From positions 5,642,001 to 5,706,000 of the forward strand of contig NC_058368.1 of the NCBI RefSeq assembly GCF_018350175.1: a stretch of 64,000 bases of DNA. The letters run 5' to 3'. Position numbers and translations under genes: made by a program. Positions 36,596 to 49,810 of this stretch are shown here, piece by piece. Position 1 is the stretch's first letter. Every line of letters begins with the position of its first letter. This DNA comes from Felis catus (taxonomy: Eukaryota). Under the pieces are notes generated by a model that made no database searches, was not told where the DNA came from, and saw only the letters and a list, made by a program, of their open reading frames with translations.

Positions 36596-39500
36596 GAAAC
36601 ACATAACTGACGGGTCGTGTCTCAAAAATAAGCATGAAGTTAGAAAATAAAAATAAAGTACTTATTACCGGTCACACACAGAAAAGTTAAATTTTAAATT
36701 CTTGCCAAACTAATGTAGTTCGTATTTAGTTAACTCTCGGAAATGTTTGAAAGAACGAACCAAGGGACTGAAGAATGACGTGGTCAGAACCGACCTTGAG
36801 GCTGGAAAGCCACAGAGGACCACGGGAACAGCAGGATGTGTGTGGTGCGTTCCCTAGATTCTCCCGGACTTCCTCATCTTCTCTCCTTTCTCCTCTGTGT
36901 GTTTATGTTGTATTTTCTTTTCCTCCCGCCCACTCTCCACTCTTTCATCCTCTTCGCTTTCCCGTGTGTCACCTACACCGTTGGTTCTAATGCAAGTGCC
37001 TAAATGCTAGTTCAGCATCACCCGCCCCCAACCCGAACTATATGGCCGGTCTTTGTGCTAGGGAACCCGACAGCCATCGTATTTACACCTCCTGTCCTCC
37101 TCAACACACTGGGAAAAGCGTTTAATTAAAAAAAAAAAAAGGTTAGAATTTTGCATTTTATCACCTTTATTGAATGAATTTTAATGGCCCCTTCATTTCA
37201 GAAGCGAGTTAGCGTTTGGTTTTCCTCTTTAAAAAACAAAATATCTTGGCTCTTTGTGGAACCTGAATCATTTTCAATCCCAAAATAGGCTGGTAGCTGT
37301 CTAAGTCAGCATTCTGCACTGCTTTTGTCATAAAGCCAGTTAGTGTTTCTCCAACCGTGGGGCTGCTCCTGCGCCAGCAGAATTGGGAAAGAAAGAATAC
37401 GATGCGTGCTGCAGTACACGGGTTCATGTTGAGAAGTGTATGTCTTGGCACAGGAAGATTTCAAAGGCTTGAATATTCATAAGGTCTCTTATCTAAGCCA
37501 CTCACCGGTTATTAGTGCTTCACATTAAATTAAAGATATGTAAATCCTCAGAGATTCGTGGTATATGTGGGCTGACTAAAGCTGAACCTTGGAGAAAGAA
37601 ACCACACACTGCATTTTCAGGCGGGGTCTGTTCGCTCTTCCCTGCGCTGCACTCATTATAACAGCCCTTTCCTCGCGCATATAAAATTGTGATCACTTCG
37701 TCTCCAGAAGCCTATTTGACTTAGCTTTATATGTATACCATTTATCTTCCTCTGCTTCAAACGTTTTACACGGACGAAGCCTGCTTTGAAGGCAGAACAC
37801 CCACGTTTGGTATCACTGCATTCATTTTTCTTCTGTTTTGGCTTCAATTACGGTGCTTTTAATATTCATGAGGTCTGAAAAAATAAACATCCTAGACCAT
37901 TTCCTCCGAATGGAAATATTATGGTTTCAAACCCCAGAGAAAACAATTGTTAAGTTTTCTACCAGCCCACATTTTCTCTCTGTCAGTTAGAAAGTAGCTC
38001 CAGCCTGGCCGAAGGAATAACCTGACACTTGGGGGCTTCCCAGAGCAGATGGCCGGGGGCCTGCTTTAAAGACGAGTCGGAGAGTCAGCAGACATGCACA
38101 TTTAAAGATTCCCTCTAGAATAAGAGGTATCAGAACCCTTTCGACTGACTCAAAATGACACCATTTTTGTCACTGAAGAACGTAGAAGAATTCTCTATTC
38201 CATCTGCTTTTCTGTGTTCAAGTGAAAATTGTTGACCATTTCACTCCATTTTGTCTCCTTACTTTCCGTCAGGCCTGTACTGGTATTTCCTTCTCCAGGA
38301 GTATGCTCAACCAGTCCCTTAAATATCTTAAGGAATATAGGGCAAGACCTTCCCACAAATGCAAAGGCCAACCTTTTAAGAAAAATGAAATGGTTGTCCT
38401 CAATAGTTAAAAGTGATCATCAAAAGTGGCGTTTCAGTGTGAGAACGTTGTTCTAGGTTCCATGTGCTGGAGCGGGCCAGCCCCAGCGGGGTTATGCATC
38501 CCATCCTGTTGACTCTGTCGTGTTGCCCCGGGTGAGATTCTCAAGGCCTTCGATTCTCTCCCCGAGGGGTAGCTCTAGAGTCTTCCCTCACACTCGCTGA
38601 GACCATGGTCCCGCGTCCCACACTGATGACCCACCTGTAGTTTCATGGTTCCCTTTCTCAAAACATCTCTGTAACCTGTCTTCTCTTTCCTTCTCGGGAA
38701 CTATAATTTCTCTAGGTGCTCAAGGCTAGCTACCTCTTCCCCAGATCATGTTCTGTGTCTCTATGGCTGACTCAGACGCCATTAACAAACTGCCACCTCC
38801 CACGAAGGGTGCTGAGAGGACAAACATTTGGGTCCCAGCCTCCTTCGCAGTGAGTGATACCCGGCCGCATGGGCCAGAAATGGCCAGCAAGCACTAGGGA
38901 AACTTGAGCGGGGGTTTCCTTCATGACAGTAAGCGGTGGGGGGGCGGGGGGGGGCCTACCTTCTCTCCCTTCCTTGAAGGCAGATAGAATGCCTTGCGCA
39001 GCACCCATTTTGGGACCGTGAGGCCTCAAGTAAGAGGACAGAAAGTCAACACTGAGGGTGGTGGTGCTACAGGACGAAAAAAGCCTGGGGACTTCACAGC
39101 ACGGAGGAGCAAGCACCTACTTCCAGAATTATTTGGGGGGAGCAGCCGGCAGCCATTTGTTGTTTGAGCATGGCTGGTTGCATTTTTAGTTACACACGGG
39201 CAAGTACAACCTAGCAGCTACTCCCCTCTCCCCCAAACAAAGCAGATATCAAAACCTTGCCCCATCCCGGGACTTCTTGTACATTTTTAATTTCTCTGTC
39301 TTCGCTGGCTATTTCCCTGACGCGAGCTCCCCAAACACCTTCCTTGTCCTTGCCCCTCCCCGCCATCACTTCAAATACTCGGTGCTCTACGTCACTCCCA
39401 AGCTTGGTGAATCAATCGGCTGTACTTGCCCTCCTGAGCCCCTCATGTCCCTTTAGTCCCGGCATTGGACTGAAGCCCTCACCACTTCACCTTTTCTCTC

Positions 39501-39599
39501 CCAGGTCGTAGGTGTCCTTCTAGTCTCGAGCGGTGGGTCTGAGTCTCGATCTTCCCCAGCCTTTCTGCAGCACTTAACACGGCTGGCTTCTCCTGCCAT

Positions 39600-40800
39600 C
39601 TTGAAGCTCTCCTCTCACCCTCCAGTCTTCCGGGTTTTTTTTCTTTCTTTGTTCCCTGAAATGTAAGGGCCCCTCAAAGTTGTGCCACACTTCTCTTCTC
39701 TCTCTGCTTTCTCCCCTGCCAGTCTCGTCTATCCTAACCCCAGCTTCAAACATCATCTCTGTGACGGTGTCTCAAATCGGCCCCACTTGGGCCCGGTGTT
39801 AAAAGTAGTCTCTGTTGCCAGCTGCGGGTTGTAGATCGTTGCTTCAAGTCACGCTAGAATCTTCCTCGTCCTTTTCCTGCCGCCTTGTATTCAGGTATCA
39901 GATCTCACCGATTGTTCCCTCAGCAAAAATTTCTCACACCTTTCCTGCAATTTACATGTATAATGCTGCCCCCCCTAACGATGGCCTGTAGTGTAGGAAT
40001 ATCCTAATTGCTTTTCTTATGTGAGTCTACCCTTGTACAGACCACCATCATGGCACCTCCCTCACTCTAACTCACGCTTAATCCCTCACTGAGTCCTGTC
40101 CATTCTTCCGCCCAAATATCTTCCCCATCTGTCCATTTACCCTCCTTTCTGTGCCACCACCCTAGCACAGGCCACCGTCTTTGACATGGCTCTTGGCTTT
40201 TAGTCTCGTTCCTCTCGATGTTCTGCCCGGCACCTGGAAGGTTCTTTAACCAGTGTGAATCAAATTATGCTCCTCCCCTTTTTCAAGCCCTTTAGCGAAT
40301 CAGAATTGAGAATCTTGTACGTGGCAGAGGAGGCCCAGGCTGATCTGGCCCCGTGAGTCTTGTCAGCTGCATCATAAAACACTGTCCGGCCATCCTGCTC
40401 GCCTCTTAGTTTCCTCACATCGACTCAGGTCTCTTGCACTCAGGACCTTGGCATGGGCTGTTCTTTCTGTGCACAGTACTCCCAACCCCTTGCCCAAACT
40501 GTCTTGCAAATTTCTACCACTTCCTTTGGGTTCAGCTCAAATGGTACTTCTTAAAAGAAGCTGTGGGCCCCCTCATTGTTCTTTGTAATCGCATCAGAAT
40601 GTTTTCCTTCGTTGCCGTGAACGAAAAGAATGTCAGCTGTGTTAGTTGTTTAGTGTTCTAATTTCCCCACCCTTAGAATGTCAGCACTTTGAGATGAAGA
40701 CGCTTGGGTGTTTTTTCCTTCGTGGTGTCCCCAGCGAAACCAGCTCGGTGCCTCACCCATAACGTGGGCTCAGAAGTACTTCTTGCGTGAATAGCAAAGG
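39600..40800 (+). mobile_element. L2 LINE fragments
   Basis: caggaccttggcatgggctgttctttctg...gggttcagctcaaatggtacttc...ccttagaatgtcagcactttgag...gtccccagcg...gtgcctcacccataacgtgggctcagaag. Confidence 0.65.
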
Positions 40801-42399
40801 CTCAGTGTGGTCTCACCGCCCGTCAAATAGAAACTCAGCCCCTTGGCCTCTTTGCTCAAGGGAGTCTAGAGTCTGCCTTCTGCCAACCTTTCCCAGCTCT
40901 TCCCTCACAACACCCGTGCCTGTGATGTGTGACTGAGCAAATGGAACTTTCCCCTGACACATGTGCCCTTTCTTGTTCCTGGTTCTCCCCTGGGCTTCCC
41001 TCTACTGCCATGTTTTATATCGTAGCCCTACCCATCCATTACCAGTCCAGCCTGCGTCCCTTTATGATGCGTTTTTGGACCTGTCCCCGACCAGGGGTGA
41101 TCTCTGCCTCCCTTGCTGTCCCAAGTACCTTGCTGTGTGTTCCTTTCTGCTCTTATCTTTTCTGCTCTACAGAAAAGGTGTATGTCTTTCCCTCTTGAGC
41201 TAGCATGTAAGATGCTAGAGAGGAATGTGTCCTGTTGGTCTCGGCACCTACCACACCGCTGGGCTCAGGGCCTGGTTGGTTGGCGTGCTGGATACACAGG
41301 TGGGCTGCGGGCCTCGGTGATCCGCCTACGATCGAGGCGGGCAGAGCGAGCTGAGCCCTCTGTTTGAAACTCCCCAGCCAAACTGAGGTAAACTTGGGGA
41401 AGCATCTCGAAGTTCTTGGCCAACCCCGGAGGAGAAGATACTTGATAAGATGTCCTGAGTGGCGTTCAAGGTAGAGCAGAGGCAAAGAGCTTAGGTTTTT
41501 ACAGTAAATTTATCCGTATGGTGTGGCATGACCTCCCTTCATTCCCCTAAAGGAGGGGACAAGCCCTACAGTATGTTGGCTCAGCTGGCTGAGCGGATAT
41601 TGTGCTGACTGTGGATCTCAGAGAGCAACGAAAAGGGAGAAGCCCCAGTGTGGCCGTTGAAAGAAGAGAGCGCCCATCCCCAGTCTCTTGGGATCGGTCA
41701 CAGAAGAAACGCCAGTCTGCTGGGGATTGCCTGGTGCCTGTTTTGTGGCCGCCTCCCACAAGAAAGAAACCTTTTCATCCCTTGAGTAATCCCTGCCCCC
41801 TCCCCACGAAGGAAAATAAACAGAAAACTCTCCCTTTGGGTCAGCTTTGAGCATCAGCTGTAGCTGCTCTAGCAAAGATCAAACCAGAATGCTTGCACCT
41901 TGTGGTCATTGGCATCAAAGGCCGCAGGCTTTCTTTCTGCCTCATTTTAATATGCTTGTGAGCCTTGGGAGGCTTAATTAAAACTGTAGGGGAGCCAAAG
42001 TAAGCATATAAAGGAACTGTTTTGATGCTTCAAAAACCCAAGCAAACAGAATCTGGATTATTCAATTAGGTATGCTTATGGGATTTGTCTTGGGTGTTTT
42101 GATTGCTCAAAGCCTGCTGGGGAAGGCAGTCATGGGGTTTAGACCTGAAAAGAACCATATTTAATGCCCCCCAAACTTCACTTCTTATCTTCTTTATTTA
42201 GGTTTCCCATTACCAGTGCGTTATTGTGAGCTGCACATGAACTTTTCCTCTGACTTCTGTTTACTCAGCTTCTTCCCCTGATACCGGATTACACGGCAGG
42301 GCCGGCCCAATTTTCCGGCCTGGTTTGGCCATCTTGTTGTTGGATCCCTTTCCGGCTTTTCCGCTGATGGTCTTTGCTCTAGTAAGACGCAGGGCTGCC

Positions 42400-42655
42400 A
42401 AAGAGGCAGCGTGGCACGGCAGCTCACAGCGCAGGATCCCCAGCTAGACCCCTTCTTGTCTGTTTGGTCTTAGACAAGTCCCCTAATCTCTTCCTGTGTT
42501 TTTATATCATCTACAAAAGGGAGATCGGGGTGGTGGAAACATGTGCCAACATCACAGCGTTTACCGTGTTAATTCAATCAAATCATTCGTGCCAACGTAT
42601 ACTTAGCACCGTGCCTGACTCAGGATGACTGTTCAGTAAATGGCAATAATTATCA
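42400..42655 (+). mobile_element. MIR SINE
   Basis: gaggcagcgtggcacgg...cttagacaagtcccctaatctc...catctacaaaaggg...acttagcaccgtgcctgac...tcagtaaatggcaataattat. Confidence 0.7.
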
Positions 42656-42822
42656 TGGTTCTCCCAGGACATCGGTAGACGTATCTCCCTTAGCTGCAGC
42701 CAGTGGATGAGGGAAGACGGGAAGGGCTATGAATGTAGGCCCTCCAGAGGCATAGGGTAGATAGACCCGGCTTCGATGCTATGAACAAGCCCAGTCTAAG
42801 GCCTCGAAGGTCACATGAGAGA

Positions 42823-42823
<1 letters not shown>

Positions 42824-42863
<40 letters not shown>
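42824..42863. repeat. (CA)20 microsatellite
   Basis: Read directly. Confidence 0.97.
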
Positions 42864-42864
<1 letters not shown>

Positions 42865-43839
42865 CTAAGGTCAGCGGAACGTCTATCATGTCACCGGTTT
42901 TCCCAGCGGGCATTGACGTGACAAGGACTCCCACGGTAAGATCAACTGTGGAGCCCCTTTGTCATTACACTATGGGACTCTCCCTCTATGGGACCTGACC
43001 ATTCAGAGTCAGGTCTCCAGGGGAATTGATTGCCAGGACATGACGGCTGTGGCCACAGAGGCAAGCAGCCATATCTCCCAGGCCCGTGGTGGCCTGGCCT
43101 GGTTGTGAGCACACTGCACACTCCAGAGAGTGTATGCTTCCAGCTAATCAGCTTAAAATAGACCCGTGTGCCGAGAGCCTATCCTGATATCCGACCGTTG
43201 GAAAGCCACCCGACAGGAAAGGTTTACCTGGTGTTGATGGGAGAATCCTTAAGAACCCAGACAAATATTTAGTGTCAGTTGCGAAAGATTTACAAACAGG
43301 TATTTCTGGATGGTACTGCTGTGCTAGGCTTTCACTTCCTTTCCAGATGCTTGTACTCCAACAAGGCAGGTAGTATAAAATGTTTGTATAGATGGATAGC
43401 CTGTGCAGGACAGAGTTTCCCCTTTCTGGTTTCTAGCACATCTATTAATAAGTGGCTGCCTGTGACTAACCAGCTGCTCAGATAAAGGGGTGGACAGAAC
43501 ACGTCCGTACTGTTAGGAGGTTGTCAGTCTAATGAAGACACGTAAACAAGTAAGCCTAACGTTGAACATAATGCAGAATCACGGGGCGCAGTGAAAAGAG
43601 CAGGCACCATGAGGTCTATGAACTTGGGGCGAACAGTGGCTCTTAGCCCTGGCCAGCAGCACCCCCTTAGGAAGATGGTGTGGCCTGAACTTTCCAAGTC
43701 TCCAAGATGGAGGACGGTGTGGTGTTTGAGGGCCACCCTTGTGTTTTAAATGAGGGGAGGGCAAGCTACGAGCACAGTACCTGACAAATGGTAGCTATGC
43801 AAAAAATGGTGCTAGGAGGAGTGTTACATGAAGGACACA

Positions 43840-44120
43840 GGGGAGGGACACAGGGGAGAAGCTGAAGGGGTGGTATTTGAACCCAATCTTGAGGGCGGCA
43901 GAATTCTCAAAGTGACAGAATGGAGCGTTGCCAGCTGCGCAAAGAAAAAGATGGGCAAAGGCCAAAACAAGAAGAACGTTCCGAGAGACGCAGACAGTTC
44001 AGCATGGCTGGAGTGCAGGGTTCTGGTCATGAAAGGCCAAGAGCACGGTCTTGATGACAGACAGGGCCGGACCATGAATAGCCTCACATTCCACGCCAGA
44101 GAAGTTAGATTTTTGCCCAA
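43840..44120 (-). mobile_element. L2 fragment
   Basis: ggtatttgaacccaatcttgaggg...agttcagcatggctggagtgcaggg...gggccggaccatgaatagcctcacattccacgccagagaagttagatttt. Confidence 0.6.
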
Positions 44121-47100
44121 GTTTGCAGTGTACTAAAAATTCCAGTGCCAAGTACTACACGAGGCTATTTATATATGTTCCTGCCTGCCCAACAGCCACC
44201 TTAACAAGGATAAGATAGCCCCATGTTGTAGATGGGCCAACTTGGGATTCAAGGAGATTGTTACTTTGAACTTAACCGTGTTAGCTTGTGGTGAGTCAGG
44301 CAGACAGCTTATCTAATGGGCGTGTTGTCTCGTGGGGTATTTCATGTCAACTTTTGTTGCCTTATTTTTACTTTCGTTTCCTATTCTTTGTTATTCCACC
44401 TCGGATACGGTTGGAACCGAGCAGTACCACAAATATGTAGAACGCCTCTACTGATAGTCCAACTGAGTGAGTCTGGCCACTTTCCCCAGCTGGGCAGTTG
44501 ATGAGGTAGAAACAGGGAATTGGCTCGCTAGTGTAAATCACCAGGATGCACAGATTCATTTTTACTTTGGGTCATATTGTTCTCCCCCAATACATCAAGC
44601 AGTCTATTAAAAATAGCACACTATATTTTATTTTATTTTTATGATCGGTATTAGGCTTGAGTCCAAACTAAGGTAATGCGGGGCATTTGGTTGAAGTTGA
44701 ACCTCTGGATTTCGTGAAATTTGGTGTGTCACCCACAAGGGAATACGATTCAACCCAACTTTAGACGGGCCATCCTCCCTCAAAATATTGGAAGTACACG
44801 TTAGCATCACCTCTAGGGATTTGGGGTACGTGAGGCACCCAGAGCTCTGCAGTGGGAATGGTGGCGATCAACCCCACGCCCTCAAATTGCTCAACGCCGT
44901 TTGTTTTGGATGACTTCTAAACAGGTGTTTCCTCTATGTCACAAATGGTTTAAACTAGAGCCTAGCTTACGTCCGGCTCGTTCAGCTGAAATCACAGGGC
45001 CAGCTGACGCTCCGTGAGCGTGTCTGCTCGTCTGCGTCCATGCTGACAGCCGGTACTTGCTGATTCCCACGTTGGTCAGCGCTGGACGTAGAACAGATGT
45101 TGGGGATTACGGGGAAGGATGCGGGGAGGCTGTGGGCCTACGTGTCCGCGGAAGTAATTCATTGTGGCGACGCAGACAGGCCCTGCTGAACCTTCAGTGA
45201 GAAGCTCTACGACATAAGCCTCGGTGGGCCTGTGCATCAGGACTCGAAACAGATGTCTTCCTGTGTCCTTTAATTAAAAGAAAAATTATAAATCATCTTT
45301 AAATGGAGAAGGGAGGGAACCTAATCCCACAAAGTTCATTTAAATTCTAATCTCTGAGTTACTTAGTGCAGAATCCTCTAATGGATCCCCTTGGTGCAGC
45401 ATTGGAAGACCGTTTGCAGGGGGGCTGTCCCGTCCACTCCCATCCCACCCCGCTTTCTGGAAAAAATCCTGGAAGGCTGGGCTCAGTTTACCCCATACAC
45501 CACAAAGCTCTTTCTTCCTGGCCGTTTCTGGCTGTCCTGCAGGTTCTTTGTCTCGCTGGCCCACCAGTGGTACTGTCCACCGCTCAGCTCACAATCCCAA
45601 GACGCTCGGAGTTAGAGGTCCAGACTGTAGAAGGCTGTAGGTTGTGACAGTTTTTGTGTCTGCTAGGCGGGGCACTGGGATCCTCAGCTCTTACTGTGGC
45701 AGTGCTCTGTGGAAAACTAACCAGAAGGTAACTTCTTTTTTTCTTAAGGGTTTCCAGGTAGCATTCTGTAGGGTTAATGAACTTCAGTTCCATCCTTCTC
45801 ATCACAATCCAATTATATTCGTTGGTACATTTCAGGAAGTGTGCTGTTGGTTGAAAAAAATCAGATGATTTAAAGAGCCAGAAAGAAAGGATGATACAAT
45901 TAGAACTGTTTCAGCCAGTAAGGGTCACCAAAGAAAAATTTAGAAATCAAGCGAAGTATGTAAACAGAGTTTCTAAGAAGAGTAGAGTTCAGGTTTTCTC
46001 TTTTACTTGTTCATTGCCCACTTACTTATAGCCCGTTAAGGATTTCAGTGATCAGAATTACAGGCAAAACGTAACCTTAGCTGTTACTGCCTTAGAGTTG
46101 ATTTGAGTGTCTTATTTTTTTCCCCCAAGAATGTAGCAGATATGTTGCTTTCTCTGCATGTAAACATTAAAATGTTTCTGCTGGTGAGAAAGCACATTGT
46201 TAATATGGAGAACAAAGAAATTGACAATAGCTTACTAGTGAATGTTTTTAAAGAAAAAAGAGACAAAAGACATAAATTTGTATATCATTGGCATTAAATA
46301 CTGTAGTAAATAAGCAAATAAAAATACGAGGAAAAACATAATGGATCCTTGCAATAAACATTCTAAGATTCAGAATCTCAAATGCATTAGAATTAGGAGG
46401 GCTTTTTTTGTTTGTTTGTTTTTTTAAATAGCAACTCACAGTAACCTCCTTGGTTTTCTTTTTGGAAAAAAAATGGGGAAGAAGGCTAATTACTATATTT
46501 TGTTTTTCCTCTGAGAACATCTTCCTTTCTCCCAAATCTACACAAATATAAGAAGACAATTCTATCAAAGCAAAGAAATCCCTCAGATGCTTCAATAACA
46601 TTAAGGGGAACAAAGACAAAAAGAAGGTCTGGATGATTTTAGGAAGAGCATTATTACATATTATTCACATATTAACCCAATTTGAACATGGGAGAATGCC
46701 ACAAATGTACCAGGCTCTCTGTGGAAAGAACAGTCCAAAGTGTTTATGTTTGGTTGCCTCTACGAATTTTTAAACAAGGGAAGCTGTATTGAAAAGATAA
46801 ATTGAGATATATGGGAAAGGAAAACATCGCTGAAGTGCTTCCATTAGGGCATGATGAAAAAAAAAATGGATCTGTTTTATGTAAATTTTCAACAGTGACC
46901 TGGTAAAGAAAGTCAAAAGTACATTAATTAAATTTACAGAGCCAAAAAAGGCAAAGACCCAGGAGGTTAGATGTAAAAAAATACAGATGGACTGAGAGAG
47001 ATGAGGGGAAATAGATAGACTTTTACAACATGATATTCAGCTTGGAAATATGCAAGCTCTAATACGCTGGGGAATACCAGCCAAAAGACAGATAGCTGGT

Positions 47101-47809
47101 TTAAAGGAAAAGTTAATAAAATGTCGAGTCTGAAAAACTATACACACCAAAGCCAGGAAATTACAAAGTTATGGATCCCGCAGTAACTGTAAATTAACCC
47201 CAGTGCACATATGTAGTATTTCATATTACTGTATATGGTGTTAACTTTCACGCCTAAACATGCAGGCGTGTGTGTGTGTTTCGTCTGAATTACGGTTGTA
47301 ATGGGAACAAAGGTGCAAACAGGACACGTAATGGATTGCCTGCTCCTTTCACAAGTCACCCAGGAGCCCTGGAGCCCAGGCTGGTCATGCGCCTTGGAAT
47401 AGAGCAGAGGAAGAGCCCGGCACTGATTCAAAGTCCAATTGTTTGCCAAAGGCACTGGGAAGATAGACACATTTCTTAACAGTTGTAAAGAGGTCATGAG
47501 CGTCCTGGGTACGTGGAAGGAAGTCCGTAGTACATTCCCAAGATAACACATAGGATTTAAATGTGTCTCCAGTCTAATTTCTCCTTTCCTTTTCCTTGCC
47601 TCAATGCAAACGACCCAATATCTCTCTCATATGCTCCCTTCACTCCTATTTTTTTTGCCCAATGACCATCCAGTTTTTCTCTCTCTATACCTGGTGTCTT
47701 ACTGAGCTCAGTACAGGAGATAGGATACAATGTTTTTCTTTTAAAGCATCCAACCTACCAATCTGGTTGTTGTTTGCTTTTTGTTTTTTCTTTTGGTCGT
47801 TTGCTTTTT

Positions 47810-48033
47810 TTTTTTTTTAATTTTTTTTTCCAACGTTTATTTATTTTTGGGACAGAGAGAGACAGAGCATGAACGGGGGAGGGGCAGAGAGAGAGGGAGA
47901 CACAGAATCGGAAGCAGGCTCCAGGCTCTGGGCCATCAGCCCAGAGCCCAACGCGGGGCTCGAACTCACGGACCGCGAGATCGTGACCTGGCTGAAGTCG
48001 GACGCTTAACCGACTGCACCACCCAGGCGCCCC
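47810..48033 (-). mobile_element. Young Can-SINE (SINEC_Fc)
   Basis: Perfect TSD ggtcgtttgcttttt at 47795 and 48034. Subfamily marks ggccatcagcccagagcc and gggacagagaga. Confidence 0.97.
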
Positions 48034-48065
48034 GGTCGTTTGCTTTTTTAAAAATAGTCCAGTCA

Positions 48066-48274
48066 GGGGCGCCTGGGTGGCTCAGTCGATTGAGCATCCG
48101 ACTTCGGCTCGGGTCATGATCTCACAGCTCGTGAGTTCGAGCCTCACCTCGGGCTCTCTGCTGACAGCTCAGAGCCTGGAGCCTGCTTCGGATTCTGTGT
48201 CTCCCTCTCTCTCTGCCCCATCTCATTTGCGTTGTGTCTCTGTCTCAAAAATAAATAAGCATTAAAAATTTTTT
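48066..48274 (+). mobile_element. Can-SINE (SINEC_Fc)
   Basis: TSD aaaaatagtccagtca (48050-48065), whose second full copy lies at 48500-48515. Confidence 0.96.
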
Positions 48275-48288
48275 AAAAAATAGTCCTT

Positions 48289-48499
48289 GGGGCGCCTGGG
48301 TGGCGCAGTCGGTTAAGCGTCCGACTTCAGCCAGGTCACTATCTCCCGGTCCGTGAGTTCGAGCCCCGCGTCAGGCTCTGGGCTGATGGCTCAGAGCCTG
48401 GAGCCTGTTTCCGATTCTGTGTCTTCCTCTCTCTCTGCCCCTCCCCCGTTCATGCTCTGTCTCTCTCTGTCCCCCCAAAAATAAATAAACGTTGAAAAA
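48289..48499 (+). mobile_element. Young Can-SINE inserted in the 3' TSD of the previous SINE
   Basis: ggggcgcctgggtggcgcagtcgg...ctctgggctgatggctc. Flanked by aaaaaatagtcc on both sides. Confidence 0.97.
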
Positions 48500-49561
48500 A
48501 AAAATAGTCCAGTCAACTTATATGCTGTATATTCCATTCCAATACATTCCTTCCTTCCAACGTAGGACCAGGACAGAGGAGTCCACAGACCTCTTCCTGA
48601 AGCATCATACAGGCCATTTCTCTTCTAGTTCATGCGTCTTCTTATAGCATCTTCTACCCTTGTCATAACCACACACTGATTTTTCCTTCTTTACTGGCTC
48701 CATCATTGGGAAGTTGTCCACCTATGTAGATAATTCTTCTATTTATCTGATCTTTGTAATCCTTTGGCCTCCTCAATGCCTGTGAGGTTCTCTGCAGCCA
48801 CCTTCCCCTTCCTTGGCCAGGCCACACCTCCACGACCTGGTCATTGAAATCTGTGTCTTCTGCAAGATCCCACTATCCGATTCTCCTGGGCTCACAGCAA
48901 GCCCGCATTCTTCTACTGCCTGTGGGCCCTCATTCCCACTGGCCCTGCTGTCCACCTTCACTGGCATTATCAGATGAGATCGGGCACGTTCAGGGGGATA
49001 TGGCCGTGGACGTCACTGTCATTATCAGTCTGTCAACCTTGTGGTTGGGTGTCCAATAAATACTTTCTGAATGTTCTCTCACCAATTCTTCCAGCCTTCA
49101 GCTTCCTTTTTCACAGCTGGGCTCCAAAATCATAGATTTAAGTGCTTTGTTCCCTCTTGTCCTTAATTCCCATGCCCTCTTCTGTTCTGATAGCTTCACC
49201 TGTCCCTCCCCACCATCTGCTTGCGTAGCTGTGTGCTCTCTGAGTGTCCCACGGTTACGGAGAAAGTCAGATGGTCTGTATCCTCATCAGGGTCATCTGT
49301 TCATGCTAGCAGTTGGCTCTCATTGGTATTGTAAGATCTGTTTATCTGAATTCCCATTTTCTAAGGCCTCTTCTTCCCCTGTAGCCCCAGACTGCTTTGG
49401 CCCCACCAGAGTAGACTCACGGCCCCACCGTCTACTTACAGAGATTAAGGTCATTTCGTATGGGTTTCTCCAGTCGTCTCGCCACCCAGAAACCCCGGGG
49501 TTCACCCATCACTGCGGTACGGGTGACACCCAGATACGTAGGGCTTGCCCATCTCTCTTGT

Positions 49562-49810
49562 GACAGACACGGGCTCTGGGGGCAGACGGCTGGCTGTACG
49601 CCCTGGCTCTGTCACCTGCCGGCTGGGTGGCCCTGGCCGAGTCCCGTGACCTTTCTTGCCCGAGGCACCCCACCCCTAAGACGGGGCTGACAACAGCGAC
49701 TCCGACAGCAGGGCCCAACAGGCAAGGCTGCTGAAAGGATGAAACGCACCGCCTCGTAGAGAGGGCTGAGAACATTGCCGGGCACTCGGCGGACACGGTA
49801 AATGTGGCTC
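49562..49810 (+). mobile_element. MIR SINE, strongly GC-shifted
   Basis: Colinear with the MIR consensus: cacgggctctgggggcagac...ctggctctgtcac...gctgagaacattgccgggcac...gtaaatgtggct. Confidence 0.7.
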
